Positions 63,231-64,000 of a stretch of 64,000 nucleotides of DNA are shown piece after piece. Position 1 is the first letter of the stretch. Each line of letters opens with the position of its first letter. The DNA comes from Candidatus Latescibacterota bacterium. Lineage in GTDB: Bacteria; Latescibacterota; UBA2968; UBA8231. The notes beneath the pieces were generated by a model, which worked only from the letters and a program-made list of their open reading frames with translations, was not told where the DNA came from and ran no database searches. The position numbers were made by a program, and so were the translations under genes. The stretch is from contig OZ242318.1 in assembly GCA_965208105.1 (NCBI GenBank), positions 2,944,001 through 3,008,000 of the forward strand, in the 5' to 3' direction.

Positions 63231-63710
63231 CTAGCTGGGGTCGAAGTTGTCCAGGTCGCGGCGCAAGCGATCCTTGTAAGCGTCGGTTCCAGCATCCGCC
63301 TGAACCGGAGGATCGGCTTTGTCCGGGGCAGAAGATCGTTGGCCGCGCCGCCATCCAAGCAGCACCGAGCGCAGGATCAGCCCACCGATGACCATGATAG
63401 CAATGGGAACGATCCATGCCAGGAGGTTGTATCCCTTCCGAGGTGGAATTGCCAATACCACCGAGCCGTAGGTGCCGACGAATTCAGCGATGATCTCCTC
63501 GGGCTTCGTGCCTGCATCCAGGGCTGTGCTGATGCCTTCGCGTTGGGAGGCGGCATAACCGCACACGCAGGTCGCCAGGGATTCGCGGTTGCAGTCGCCA
63601 CAGAGGCAGACGAGGTTCCGGGCGACCTCCTTCGTTTTTTCGGATGTCGCTGCCCCTGCAGGCACGAAAAGCAGGGCTGAAAGAATGGACAGCAAAGAAA
63701 GGCGTTGCAT
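63231..63710 (-). CDS. ccmH: Cytochrome c biogenesis protein CcmH
   Basis: LVCLCGDC, FVGTYGSVVLAIP, LAWIVP. Confidence 0.85.
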   Translation of the reverse strand: MQRLSLLSILSALLFVPAGAATSEKTKEVARNLVCLCGDCNRESLATCVCGYAASQREGISTALDAGTKPEEIIAEFVGTYGSVVLAIPPRKGYNLLAWIVPIAIMVIGGLILRSVLLGWRRGQRSSAPDKADPPVQADAGTDAYKDRLRRDLDNFDPS

Positions 63711-63737
63711 GGCCTTCCAACCCCTTCCCCGGGCGGA

Positions 63738-64000
63738 TTAAGGTGATAGACTTTGGACCGAGACCCGGTCCACGGCTGCAAGCCGGCGTTCTCGTGCTGT
63801 GGGCCACGCTGACCAAAGAGAGCCCAACACAAAGACAATGCCGCCTGCCCAGACCCAGTTTACCAGTGGATTGATGTAGACCTGGAACTTGGCGCTTCCA
63901 TCTTCAGACCAACCCACCATGATCAGGTAGAAATCTTCCCGGAGACTGGAATGGATTGAGACCTCTGTTGTACCCTGATCCACATTTTTGTAAAAGTGTC
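63738..64000 (-). CDS. ccmF: Cytochrome c biogenesis protein CcmF, C-terminal part (truncated by window)
   Basis: TTEVSIHS...EDFY...YINPLVNWVWAGG. Confidence 0.88.
   Translation of the reverse strand, partial: HFYKNVDQGTTEVSIHSSLREDFYLIMVGWSEDGSAKFQVYINPLVNWVWAGGIVFVLGSLWSAWPTARERRLAAVDRVSVQSLSP

Overview
The window has two parts. (1) 1-30277 is an accessory, defence-island-like region abutting the 3' end of tRNA-Ser(TGA); its left border lies outside the window. It holds an ATPase/CARF-like/DNA-methylase operon, HEPN-like, RES and HIRAN genes, a GTPase/YaaW pair, RadC, a helicase plus small Zn-finger pair, a two-methylase/PLD-nuclease R-M system next to a nucleotidyl-cyclase-like gene, secreted enzymes, and decayed IS110, IS481, IS3, IS1380 and group II intron pieces. 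(2) 30278-64000 is the chromosomal origin region: gyrA-gyrB-dciA-recF-dnaN-oriC-dnaA, rpmH-rnpA-yidD-yidC-mnmE, two parS sites, pgsA-like, tmk, ctpA, rne/rng, rplU-rpmA, frdABCD, sucCD, two glycosyltransferases, a candidate ncRNA locus with an XRE regulator, and a ccm cluster. Protein style (FlgD/T9SS-type tail, YWTD-like fragment) suggests an FCB-group bacterium such as Ca. Latescibacterota, which is inference only. The best novel-system candidates are the helicase/PARP-type Zn-finger pair, the ATPase/double-CARF-like/MTase operon, the cyclase-like gene beside the PLD R-M system and the GTPase/YaaW operon. All family calls come from motif recognition by eye; no searches were run.
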